Shown here one piece after another: positions 1 through 11,742 of a stretch of 64,000 nucleotides of DNA. This DNA is from Selaginella moellendorffii (lineage: Eukaryota > Plantae > Lycopodiophyta), in contig NW_003314309.1 of the NCBI RefSeq assembly GCF_000143415.4, forward strand, positions 675,459-739,458, in the 5' to 3' direction. Position numbers and translations under genes: made by a program. The stretch's first letter is position 1. Each line of letters begins with the position of its first letter. The notes under the pieces are model-generated. The model saw only the letters and a list, made by a program, of their open reading frames with translations. It was not told the origin of the DNA and did not search any database.

Positions 1-386
1 CGATCGATCGAAATCTCGCAGCTCCGGAATCGCACGGCGCTTAGATCCAGCCAAAACCTAGAGCCGCAGTAGATCCGAGCATCGAAATCTAGGCGCCGCT
101 GGGCGATGGAGCTACCAAAATCGAATCGCGATAATCTGAAGCACGCGCCCTACCTACACTCCCCACATCATTCTTTCTTACCCGCTCAAACAAAGAAAAC
201 TAAGCGCCTCTTTCTTAACGCTGCGGTGTGGACGGACAAGGACGACTCATCGCCTAGCCATTCCGCCCCATAACTCCTTGCGGGTGGCCCTAAATTGGTA
301 CATCAACATCCGGTGGTTGGATTGGAATTCTAGCCGTAAAGATCATATTCCATAATCTGCTATAGCTCTGTACAGCACTGTCTAGG

Positions 387-861
387 TCAAAACTCCTGGG
401 AGAGGCTTCCAATCGCGTCCTTGAGGCTCGATTTCTTGGGAAGAAGCGATTGATTGATGTTGGGCAGCACGCCGCCGCTAGCGATCACCACATTGCCGAG
501 CAATTTGCTGAGCTCCTCGTCGTTCCTCACGGCGAGCTGGATGTGCCTGGGGATGATCCGATTCTTCTTGTTATCCCGCGCGGCGTTTCCAGCGAGCTCG
601 ATCACCTGGGAATGGGACGAAATCCCGAGATTGAGAGATTGAGACGACGGAAAAGAGATGAGCAAAGAATCTCACCTCCGCAGCGAGATACTCCATCACG
701 GCGGCCATGTACACTGGCGCTCCAGCCCCGACGCGATCGGCATACTTGCCGGTCTTGAGAAATCTGGAGATCCTGCCCACTGGAAACTGCAATCCGGCCT
801 TGTGAGAGCGAGAGACCGGTTTCGCCGACCGCGCCTTGCCGCGACCTCCGATGGAACTCAT
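387..861 (-). CDS. H2AX: Histone H2A.X (2 exons: 861-676, 605-387; 134 aa)
   Basis: H2A core ([15 protein letters not shown]...YLAAE|[32 protein letters not shown]). GT-AG intron 675-606. C-terminal SQEF is the plant H2A.X phosphorylation motif. Confidence 0.96.
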
Positions 862-1073
862 CTTTCCAGTAGGGCACGTTCGCTGCTCGATCGATTATAT
901 ACGAAGATTGCCACGTCCGCGATCCCGAGTTTCCCGCTTTTTCCTGCCACGCTGGCGATCCGGGATTCAAACAACGAGCCAATGAAAATGAGCAAATAGA
1001 AAAATACGCGTAAGTATTAATGAGCGTACTTGATTAAATTGATGAAAGTTTTCCAGGGAGAAAATATATAGGC

Positions 1074-2722
1074 CTAAGCTCCTCCATCTGTTAACATCTG
1101 GATGCAGATAAAACAACCATCAGAGAATGCATTTTTTCTCTCTTCTTTGTGGGAGGCTGGAATATACCTTCATCAAATCTCCAAACAAACCATTCCGGCG
1201 TTGTCGGACATTGTAAAACTTCTCCGCTACAACGTCGAGGAGCTGTTTTACGAGAAAACGTTAACCATTTTCGGAGAAAAAGGAAGCTTTACCTCGTTAA
1301 GAGAAGGATCCCGGTCTAGACTTGACTTGTAGTTCTCACGGAGCATCCTAAACAAAGGGAGTGCGTCCCTCTCAAGACTGGAGAGAAAAACGCAAATTAA
1401 ATCACAGTCACTGCCTACAAGGAACAGCTTACGTTAGCAAGATAAACTTCGCCAAATGTGTGAGAGGAGATGCCAAGACGCTTGCTTGTGACGAGTCCTT
1501 GAGCTGAGAATGTAGTTCATCGAAGAGCTTATTGGCGTCCCTGAGGTTTCCCATAGACAAGTACCTGAGAAGAGAGAAAACGTCAGAAAGAATCAAAGAG
1601 CAAAAACTTGCTGCTCACAAGAAAACCCCGCGCGCAAGAAGAAGATCACCTTCCTCGGGCTGCGAACCATAAAAGAGTTTGAAACGTTTTGAAAGAAACC
1701 ACAGCTTACCTCCAGCATGCCGCTGATGATGGCCGATGCGAAGGCACTAGGATTGTTTCCACGAACATAATGGTAAAAGGCTTTTGCAAGGTCCTGGGTA
1801 TATCAAAGTTTCTTCATATTTGAGGAAAACATGGAAAGCAAAGAAAACTGGAGAGCAAAACTTACAGGTTGGGGTGATTCTCTGGCAAGGAAATCGGCTA
1901 GCAACTCGTGTAATTCAGGAGAGCCTCTGCTGGGAGCGCCAAACTCTGAAGACCATCTATGATAGTCAGTACATCAGTATCCAAAAAGAAGGAAAAAGAA
2001 ACAAGGCTTCTAGCACGCACCTGATCGCCACCTTCATGAAGGTCGAGACGCCTTCGATTAGCGTCTTCGTAGAATATTGCGCCTCGAGCGTTGGCGATCT
2101 TGGAAACTCTTTGAAAACGGCCTTAATTCTATCTGCAAGAAATGCCACAAGTTTGTTTTTTTTTTTTCTCTTTGAGAGAATGGAAGTGAAAGAACTGACC
2201 CAAAGCCTCCGGACCATACGCTAGTTTGATCGTCGTCATTCCCTCGACGAGCAACAATCCAAGTTCTACTCCACAAGTCACCTTTCGTAAGATGAGCTTT
2301 AGAACTGAAACAGACCAAAGGAAAGAGAGAACACAAACCTGACCGTGTCGGAGCTGGATTGAAGCTCCAGATTGCAGCAAATCCAATGCTTCGGTGTGTT
2401 TCTTCGAAGCCATGTATCTAGAAAATCACCGGTTTCAACGACGCAAACATCGACAAACTCTAGAGTTTCTCACCTCGCAAAGATTGTTTTGTACATCTGC
2501 TGGGCCTCATAGAACTTTCCATCGCGAACATTCTTCTCCAACTTTTCCAGCGTCTAGAAACACCAAGAAAACAAGCATGATCTCAGTCACGCATCGAAGC
2601 TCAATGCCCTAGCGCCGGAGAATGGATCGAGCGGATTGCTGCGCGCTCGATCTCGCGATAGATCCATCGATCAGCACACTCACCTTGAGAGTTCCTCCAG
2701 ATTCCCGTCCAGGCCGCGCCAT
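1074..2722 (-). CDS. GET4: Golgi-to-ER traffic protein 4 (GET4) homolog, multi-exon
   Basis: Exons read by hand: [13 protein letters not shown]|[24 protein letters not shown]...[17 protein letters not shown]|[13 protein letters not shown]...[11 protein letters not shown]...[10 protein letters not shown]...[11 protein letters not shown]...[19 protein letters not shown]...GLFGDLMK|[16 protein letters not shown] is the GET4 signature. First and last exon boundaries are inferred from GT/AG sites. Confidence 0.88.
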
Positions 2723-3105
2723 TGATTGAGCTCCCAGACCTTGTGCTGTCCAGCCGTCGGATCCCTAGAGCAAATCCGACCGTCCACGTGGCCGCGCTCG
2801 TGCCCCTTCATTTGGGTGGGAAAACTTTGCCCTAGAGTGGACAGAGCGCTCGGAGCGCCGCAAGGAGCCAGGCAGCGCCGGCCAAGCACCACACTATGTA
2901 AGTGATTCTATAAAGAGATCTTTGAGGAGATTTCGTATGGGATCTAGCAATCTAGCTGCAATTCGTAGATTTCTCCGAGAAGTTCATGTCATTCTAGCCG
3001 CGGTCGATGAAATGTCGAGCCTCGACGAGAGATCTAGCTGGTTTTGAATGAAATACATGAGATTTTAGCTGCGATCGATCGAAATATCGAGATTTCTCAC
3101 ATGGT

Positions 3106-3435
3106 TTGCACCGCAGGGACGACAAGAAGGACGAGGTGATAGCCGGATACGAGAGGAAATCCACGGAGCTTATGGAGTATCTAAATAAGCTGGAGGTGGC
3201 CTACGAGAAGCTCAAGCAGGAAGGCATAGACAAGGAGAATTTGCTCAATGGCCACAAGTCAGACCTCCGGGACCAACTGGATGCCGCAAACCAGACGATC
3301 AAGAGGCTAGAGCTCGAGAAGGCCGTGGTGATCAAAGAGAGGGATTTTTGGCAGAGGTTCTCGGGAGCTCCACGAACTTCTACCCGGCCGGCTTGCACTT
3401 GCAAACAACCTACGTGCTGCTTACAGATACATTGA
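3106..3435 (+). CDS. Hypothetical coiled-coil protein (start uncertain, possibly a terminal exon)
   Basis: 109-codon ORF with heptad-like E/K/L-rich sequence and a Cys-rich tail. It begins at TTG with a CCGCAG acceptor at ~3116. No family recognised. Confidence 0.4.
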   Translation: MHRRDDKKDEVIAGYERKSTELMEYLNKLEVAYEKLKQEGIDKENLLNGHKSDLRDQLDAANQTIKRLELEKAVVIKERDFWQRFSGAPRTSTRPACTCKQPTCCLQIH

Positions 3436-3736
3436 GAAGCTGTTCTTGGGCTTGGATGGTAAACTTCTTCCAGCAACAGGTTTCTGGATATCGGTTTTAG
3501 ATCGAACCACAGGCCACGGGGAAATGGTTTGCAATACAACAGGGAAAATGGTTCTCAGGACTAGATTACTCGGGCTTCGGTGAATCACGGATGGTTTCTT
3601 CTTCCAACAACAGTTCTGGATATCGGTTTTAGATCAAACTACAGGAAAATGGTTTGCGGGAAAAATGGTTCTAGATATTGCAGGGAAAATGATCTACAGA
3701 CTTCTTTAGATGGCTCCTCCAAGATTTTCACGGGAA

Positions 3737-3750
3737 GGGTTTAGGGTTTT
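3737..3750 (-). promoter_or_regulatory. Telo-box-like motif upstream of RSM22
   Basis: AGGGTTTAGGGTTT (reverse complement contains AAACCCTA) ~20 nt before the ATG. Telo-boxes are common near starts of plant translation-machinery genes. Confidence 0.45.
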
Positions 3751-3771
3751 GGAGCTCAGAGTTTGACAACA

Positions 3772-5688
3772 ATGGCCAGCACCAGCAAGGCCGATCTGAT
3801 ACTCAAGAAGCGCGCGCTGGCAGCGGCAGCATTTCAAAGGGTACCACCAGTCCGCATTCCTGATCTGCTGCAGTCCCAAGTCGAGAAACTCTTGCGAGGT
3901 TTGTATGATGTGAGTGAGTTGTTCTTGGAAGCGGATTGGAAGAATGATGGTATGTCTGCGCAGAACATCCGGAGGTTGATCTAGACAAGTCGATCACTCG
4001 CATGGAGGCTGTCAAGTCGTTCTGGGCCGACGAGGAGCTGGCTTGCTCGAGGCAGCTAAGAACTCTCAACCCCGGTGCACAGAAAGAGAAAGTCAAGTCC
4101 TGGATTCTGGCAACGGAGCAAGGCCCTGTCAAGTATCTTATGGATGATGCAGTTGCCTTTGCCGCAAGAAGCATGCCATCGACTTATGCCGCACTTTATC
4201 GTGTGCTTTCGGAGGTAGTTTGCCGACTTGCTGGCTTTAAGCTCATTGAATGTCCAGGTGAAACGACGAATTCCAGACTTTCGACCTCGGCAGGTTCTTG
4301 ATTTCGGGAGTGGACCTGGAACGAGCCTCTGGTAAGACTTTGGTTTCCGTTTCTTTTGCTCAATGAAAATATTTTGCTTTCTCTTTCAGGGCAATTCGAG
4401 AGTTATGGCCGGAACAGACGAAGACAGCTTTTCTCATTGAAACTTCTGCAGCTATGACAAGTGTATGTAAATCTCTTGCCGAAGGTATTGCAGTAAGCTC
4501 CCAGCAACCACTGAAAGCTCTCTCTGAATTCTTTCCAAGCAGGGGTCGAAACCATGCCGCTGCTGAAATATCGAACTGTCCTCCCAAATGCAGGACGGAG
4601 TCCAAGGAGGGACGAGAAGACGAACGACCTTGTCATATGCGTAAGTCGTTCTTTTGCGTCAAGTTTCGCTCACTGAAAATGTAAATTTCTGATAACTGCA
4701 GTCATTTGCTATGAACGAGGTGCCTTCGATGGCTCATAGGATGGCCGTGGTAAATTATCTGTGGACACTTACTCACAACATGCTGGTAAAATGTGTGGAC
4801 AGCTGTTGACACTCGCACTAATCTGTCTCTGGCCAGGTGATCATCGAGCCGGGGACCTTGCATGGATCCGCACTTGTGCGAAGGTTGCGCGACCGCGTCA
4901 TGACAACCGAGAACCACGTACGTAAAGCAATCTGGATCACGATCAAACTCATGTTAGTCGCACTTTACAGAGAGTGCGAGGTCAGTATAGAGGCCTATAC
5001 TTGCCGGCGTCGGACCCCAAAGCTCACAGCGATCTCGGTGCGCATGTCGTCGCGCCGGTAAGCAACCAGTGACCGACCAATCCAAGAAACTCATTCGCTC
5101 CTTTTTCAGTGCGCTCATGACGGTACTTGCCCGATGAGTAGGAATGTGAATGGAGGGATTTGCGGCCTCATCCAAGCTATCCAAGCACAGGAGGTACTCT
5201 TTATCTCATTTTCTCTGTTCTCATTTCTCCAGCTTTTCTTTGCCAGGCCAAAAAGCTTGACAAGGTGTCATTCTCGTTCGTTGTGATGCGTCGAGGCTTC
5301 AGAAAATGGTACACATTGCGACTCTTTGCTTGCGATTCTAAAAAAGCCTTTTTTTTTCAGGGGAGCTTGGCCTCTGGATAGATACAAAGAAGGAGCTCCT
5401 GTTGTAGGTGCGTAACCCAGCTCACAGTGCTTCTTCTCTCCTCTCACTCACACCTTGCCTTGATCAGAACCATCACAGGACGACAAGGTGGCAAATCTCC
5501 AAGGCGGATGGATGAGAATCGTGAGGCCTCCCACAAAGCTGGGCAATGGAATCACGGTCCCGGTCTGCGTTCCTACGGGAAGAAACGCCACCGACGCGAG
5601 CTTGGAAGACATCAAAGTCACCAAAGACAACATCGCAATGTACTCACTGGCGAGCGAAGCCGAGATGGGAGACCTGTGGCCGAGATAA
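3772..5688 (+). CDS. RSM22: Mitochondrial small-subunit assembly factor RSM22/METTL17-like, multi-exon
   Basis: Exonic peptides MPSTYAALYRVLSE, IPDFRPRQVLDFGSGPGTSLWA (SAM-binding motif), IIEPGT, GAHVVAPCAHDGTCPM, FSFVVMRRG, GWMRIVRPP and terminal GDLWP match the Rsm22 family pattern. Confidence 0.87.
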
Positions 5689-5753
5689 GCCTCTTATATT
5701 CTGCGTGAACGAGAAGTAAGAAACTTTCTACTTCACTCTCTCCCTCATGCTCT

Positions 5754-6065
5754 TCATTCACGATCTACTTTGTCTTTGATATCCAGCCGCAATCTATATC
5801 TCGTCTGGAGCTCGTCCACTTCCTTGGAGCTGGGAGTGAAAACCCAGCGCTTGAACTTCCGGATCGAGTTTTGGATCTGGAGGGGCAGAGAAAAATCCGG
5901 AAGAAACCATCATCGGCAGCAAAGAAAGTGGCAAAGAAGAAGCTCGCAGTCGCTGCTTACCCCGGACAAGGCATGCGGCTCGTCTCCATAGTTCTCGCTC
6001 AGCACAACGACGGCCATGACCCCGGTGGCGATCCACGTCCACATCTTGACCCTGGGAGTGTCCAT
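5754..6065 (-). CDS. Small single-pass membrane protein, 75 aa (exons 6065-5961, 5876-5754)
   Basis: MDTPRVKMWTWIATGVMAVVVLSENYGDEPHALSG|IQNSIRKFKRWVFTPSSKEVDELQTRYRLRLDIKDKVDRE*. Canonical GTAAG donor and pyrimidine-rich CCAG acceptor, phase 0. Telo-box just upstream. Not in the ORF track. Confidence 0.68.
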
Positions 6066-6077
6066 CTCGTGGGCGAG

Positions 6078-6170
6078 AAACCCTAATCCCCGCCCAGCCC
6101 CCCAAGAGCCCTAAGTTTGGGCACCGAGCATGCGTAGCGCCCAATGGCGATACTACGCGTGCCACGTGGC
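6078..6170. promoter_or_regulatory. Telo-box (6078-6086) and palindromic G-box GCCACGTGGC (6161-6170) in a divergent promoter
   Basis: Exact motif matches between the divergent microprotein and C2H2 genes. Confidence 0.5.
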
Positions 6171-6635
6171 GGAGGCTGTAGGCATGCGCTCTCCTTTGTG
6201 CCCTCCAAGAGGCGGATCGAAGGGTGTCGGACCGCAGGGATTTTTGTTGGTGGCAGTAAAAAAAAAAAACAAGAGGAGGAGGAAAGAAAAACCAGAGAAA
6301 TTTTTCTCTTTTCTTTCTCGGTTGCGTCTCTCGGTCTTCCTGTCTCTCGGAGCTCTGGATTGATTTGATTGATTGATTGGATTGATTGGAATGAGAGTGA
6401 GCTCCTGGCGGGCTGGCAACACACAGAGGAATGAGTGTAGATGAAGATTGCTGGGCACTGGGTTCTTGGGAGGAGGAGTTTTGATTCATCGCGCGCGCAA
6501 CAAGATCGATCCATCAACGCATCGCCCTGCCCTGGAAGCCGAGATGATTCACTCCACTGGTAGAAGCGGGCGGAGATTTCTTCTTTCTTCGATTTTCTTC
6601 TTCTTCTTGTTCTTCTTCGTCTCTTTCGTCTCGTC

Positions 6636-8279
6636 ATGGCCGAGATCAAACGAGCGAGGGAGGCGACCGAGTTTCAAGGCGAGAGTGGCGATCAGCAGGG
6701 TGGCGGGGGGTTTGTGCCGCCGGATTTGTTTAAGCGGGCGAGCGTGGTGCATGTTTCTAGCGAGGTCCAGGAGGCCTCCTCGCAGTGGAAACTGGGCGTT
6801 CCTCCGGCGCAGGAGATTTCTAATAGCAGCACTGCCGGGAGTGAAATATCTGGTCAGTTCCTCCTCCAAATTCCACTAACATTCCTTCCAAGAAGAAAAA
6901 CAAAGAAAAATCTAGAGGTTGTCTCTAGTTCTTGTGTGAATCTCTGGGAAGAAGAAGATTGATTTGTGGATTGATCGATTTGATCCAGGGAAGAGGAAGC
7001 GCAAGTCGGATTCGAGCGAGGACGAGGCGGCTCTCAAGCCGTATGAGTGCCGCTTCTGCCCGATGAAGTTTGCGAAGTCGCAAGCGCTGGGAGGCCACAT
7101 GAATCGCCATCGCCAAGGCATGTTAACCAATTTCTCGGGATTGAATCTCTGCCTAACTGGGGCTAACTTTGATCTTGGTTCGTATTCTTTAGAGAGGGAA
7201 CGCGAGCAGCTGCTACATGCCCGCCAACTTGTCCTCCAACAAGGCCTTCCATGGTAAATTCATGGTCAATACAAGTTCTTTGCTGATTCTTGTGATTGAT
7301 CAGGGTGACGGGACAAAACCACAAGCTCCAGAGATCCTCCAGCGACTGCTTCAGCTCGGGCTCCAGGATCCCATCCTCGGCGCAGCCACCGCCAAACCTC
7401 GCCACCACCTTTCAGCTGTCGCAGAGCTGGAACATGTCCAGCACCCACGTCGTACAGCCCGAGCAGCCCAAGCCGGCGGCCCCGCCCGACGATGACGCCA
7501 TGCACCGCGCGTCTTACTGCGCCGACATGCCGTACATTGTCCACCATGCAGCTGGCAGCGGCGGGGGTACCGCGGGTTTCCCCGGCGACGACATGCTCGT
7601 GATACCGCCGGCTGCGGCGGACATCCTCGACTGTGGAGGAGCAGCCGATGCCGCCAGCGGCGGCGTGGCGGCGGCGTTCGATCGCCAACAGTCACTTGAT
7701 TCGGTCAAGAGCGAGGAGCAGCAGCAGCAACACGAGGAGCAGGATCACCAGCAGCAGCAGGATCATCATTTCCCATCGCTCCAGCTTGGGCCATGTTCTT
7801 CCGAGATGATCTCTGCGTCGCCGCTCAACCAGCTGGAGATGGCGGTGGACTTCGAGCCTCACCACCAGCTGCTATCGCTGGGCGGCTACTCGGCGGCGGC
7901 GAATGCCTTTGCAGCCGCAGAAGAAGAAACATACAGAGTGAACGGTGGTGGCGGCGATGGGGATGATGGTTGTGGTGGTGGCGGCGGCGGCGGTGGTGCA
8001 ATGGCGGAGATCATGGCTGGCCCGCTGGCCTCCCAATGCGATGGATTGTCGTGGATCTTTAGCAGCAGTAGCAACAGCCAAAAATCTTCTAACGTCACAA
8101 CGGCGGCGGATCAGGTGGCGGAGGTGGTGGTGGCGGCGGAGGAGGTGGGTGGCGGTGGGAGGGATTCGCAGGATCCGTCTTGTTTTTTGGATGGGTTTGG
8201 CTTGGCTCTGGGTCATGATCCAGGTGATGGCGATGATCATCGTGGTGTTGTGGAGACGAGCGACACACACAAGAGCTGA
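6636..8279 (+). CDS. JAGGED/NUBBIN-like single C2H2 zinc-finger transcription factor (exons ~6636-6852, 6989-7117, 7193-7253, 7304-8279)
   Basis: YECRFCPMKFAKSQALGGHMNRHRQ-EREREQLLHARQLV matches the JAGGED finger and its following helix. KRKRK basic motif and Q/G/A-rich low-complexity C-terminus. Splice phases are consistent. Start codon uncertain. Confidence 0.85.
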
Positions 8280-11200
8280 CCAGTTTGACCAAATCTTTTG
8301 CTATTTTAGCGTACTTCATTTTTGTTGGAACACATCATGACTTCAAAATAATACATCCTTTTCCTTTTGTCTTTGTACACTTTTTTGGAAATCACATTAG
8401 TTTACCAAGTATGGAGTCAATGCTTTACAATGCCCTGAATTTCATGCGGGCCGAAAGTGAATAGCTCTTAGTTTAAGTCAACTCACTACTGTGATGGGAT
8501 CAATTTGTTGGTCCTCTTGTAGTAGTGTAAAATTCCCTCTTTCCACTATTGATAGTTTTTGGGTGGACGATTGCATTTAGAAGAGTTCTTTGGAAAATTA
8601 TTCATATACCCCTGAAAGTTTACCCTTATAATTCCGAATTTAACTTTAGTACAATTTATCATACACTGAAAACCAAGGGAAATAACTCAAAAAACTAATA
8701 CATTTTGAATGGGTTTTGCATCCCTTGATCTCTCTATGAGGCTAGAGTTAGGATGCAATCAGCCCTTGGGCTGCATTTGCCTTTGACAGTAACTTGCATT
8801 TGAAAGATCTTGTAGACATTTCCAAAGAGAATGGGCAAGTTAAGATTGGCTACTGATTTTGTTTGCAAATCTTCATCGATATTCTCCTGTCGGATCTGAA
8901 AATTAATCACAGGCATTAGAGCTCACAGGTTTGGGGAAAATACCCATCAATTGTAGCGGGGAGCTCTTCCTGCTGTCTGTGAGAGCCGGGCAGATCAATC
9001 AAGCCAAGGAGGCCTTCACTCACGCACCCGCTAGGGAGGAACTGGATCCTGGTTGCTATGTCTGAAGTGGGTGAATCAGGGAGGGGAGGTTGACATTCAA
9101 TCACATGCTGGGCACAGCCTCAGTCTCTTGGAATTTGATCTTTACTACATATTTCCATCAACTAATCAAGGCCATTTGGTGAGAGGAAGGCCCAAACTAG
9201 TAGTTGAAAATTGCTACGAATAAGAGAATAGGCTATTTATTGAGAGAGTGGGATAATCTATTGAGAAGCTTGTGAGTGTGGTTGTGAGAGTGGGATATAC
9301 TAGAAATTCTTGTGAAACAGCTTGTTGGGATTCTTGTCTTTGTGAATTGAATGTAGGAAGGAGCTCTCACTAGCAAAATTAATAGGAGTTTTTGAAACAT
9401 CAAGAAGATTAGAGGCAAAGGGAGGAATAGACAATGGATCATTGGCATTTTAATATTTAATAACTACTCAGCATTACTTAACCATGTGGCAATTTTGTAT
9501 TATGTGACAAGTTTTTATAAAAACAATTGGTGGCCAGTAAGTGCTTAGTCAGAGATGGAAGCATTTTGTTTATAGTGGAAGAATTTTTCAATATTCAAAA
9601 CAATATGGTTTAATTTTATTGGGTGCTAAAATCTTCCATTATTTTAGTTAGAGAAGCGCTTCTCTAACATATGTCTGCGTTGGGTAAACTAATAAATTTA
9701 AACTTTAGAGGAGAAAACATATTTTTTTATAAACTTTTTAAATTATTTTTAATTTTAATATTGTGAGTACATGGAATATGGAAATGGAATATAAAAATAT
9801 ACATATTTCATTGGCCTAAAAACCCTAGCTTATATTCAAGAGCAAGTGGTCAGGATTGAAACCAATTTAATACCTACATAAATCTCACTACATTAATAAT
9901 AATTTATGGTATTATAATTGTACACTTGAACCTCGCATCATCCCTTCCTCTCAAAAGTATAGAAAACAATTAAAATTTTATAGTTGATAGGCTAGGATCT
10001 GAAAGAACATTAGGAGGAAACATTGTTAGATTTATAAGTGGTGCCAAGTGTTCTTAATTCCTTTGTAGTAGCTTGGAAATATCTAATAATAGTCACAAAT
10101 GCACTAACAAGAGCATTAACTTTCACTCAACAAGTGAAGTAGTAAAAAACAATAATAATATATTCATTATTAGCAATCAACTATGGAAATGGCCCTATTA
10201 AATCAAACACCACCAGCTCAAATAAATGGGAAATTGCAAGTGACTCTAAATGTTTTTCTATAGTGTGAGGGGCAATATTATTAAATTAGCACCAAATGTA
10301 GTGACACACATACTAGATAACATTATATTACATTTCCAACTAATAAAAAGACTTGTGTAGCTTGTGTACCTTCTTAGTAACACAATGATGTCCTATGTAG
10401 GTATGGAGAAAGCATTGAATAAATATTAAAAGCACCACCAATTGTAAATGATCATTAAAACTAGTCCTGGAAGTCATTAGCAAGTGATATAGGATTTTCA
10501 AACCCATCAAAAAGTTTTCAGATTCACAATTTAGCCTTTTGAGCCTTATGAATTTTGTCAAAAAAAAGTAAATCTTGCTCTATATTTTATGGATATTAAA
10601 TCTCAAATAAAGCAACTACCAATAACATCATTTAGAAAATCCATGAATGCTAAAATAACATATTATCAAAAGAGAGTGAAGAAGGGAGAGGTGTTCAAGA
10701 AAGGGTGTCAGTATTAACTATAAAATTCTTTGTATGATAAATAGCATTGAAATCATATATTTGAAGCTTTAGAACCTATTAAGTAGTATAACCAATTAAG
10801 TTCTTTCACTTTAATAATTAAGAAATCGCAACATAATCACCTTTTAATAATATTTAAGAACCATGTGTAAACAATTAAAGGGAACAATTTGAAAAATAAT
10901 CTATAAAGGTTTAAGTATAAAGACAAAGAGCCTATGAATAATAATGCATCCTTTTTCTAATTGGTTAACAATTTAAATGTAACACACTCTATCTCTCTTT
11001 AGCGGGTAGCCAAGCCCATGATGACTATCCCCATGGCTGCCTTCTCTCTCTATCTGGTGCCTCCAGCCCCCCATCGGCGAAACCCCCCTTTACCTCGCCC
11101 AAGGAACCCCCAAACTAATTGAAAAAGAGGTAATTGTTTAATGAAAGAGAATTTAATGGTTATTTTATCCTTATTTATCCCTTAAATTTCCAAGGATCCA

Positions 11201-11742
11201 CAGTAACAATATATCCAAAACTCATCCCATGATCACATGCATTACACTAACGTTCCCTTCAAAGATGTTAATATCCTCAATTACTATTGACTAACAAGCT
11301 AAGGGAATTAACACCTCCATTTCCACACTCAATCTATTAATCTTTTCGTCGTATAAACTAATTATTCCATGTAAGGTAATTAATCATCCACCTATATTGC
11401 AGTTCTATATTCGTAACGCAATCCCATGGTAGATATTTTTGTCCATAGATGTTTTATAAGAGGAAGGATGTATACATAATACATATAATTTCAAATTTAG
11501 GGGTAGGAATATACCTTGATCAAGGGTATATTATATTTTTAAGTATCCACTAATCAATGGGAATCAAACCTATGCCATTTACTTCGATATCACATGTAAT
11601 ACATTCTATCTCACTCTCCTTAAGCCAATTAGAAAAAGGGTAATTACTTAATAAAAGAGCCCTTAGTGGTTATTTTATCCCTATTTGGTTCAAAAAATCT
11701 TTAGTGACAATATATCTAAATCACATTTCATAATCACATGCA

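Noticed and set aside
5794-6879. ORFs of 143-231 aa in the divergent promoter region
   Set aside because: Low-complexity products of CT/GA- and A-rich UTR sequence. The real coding frames are the microprotein and C2H2 exons.
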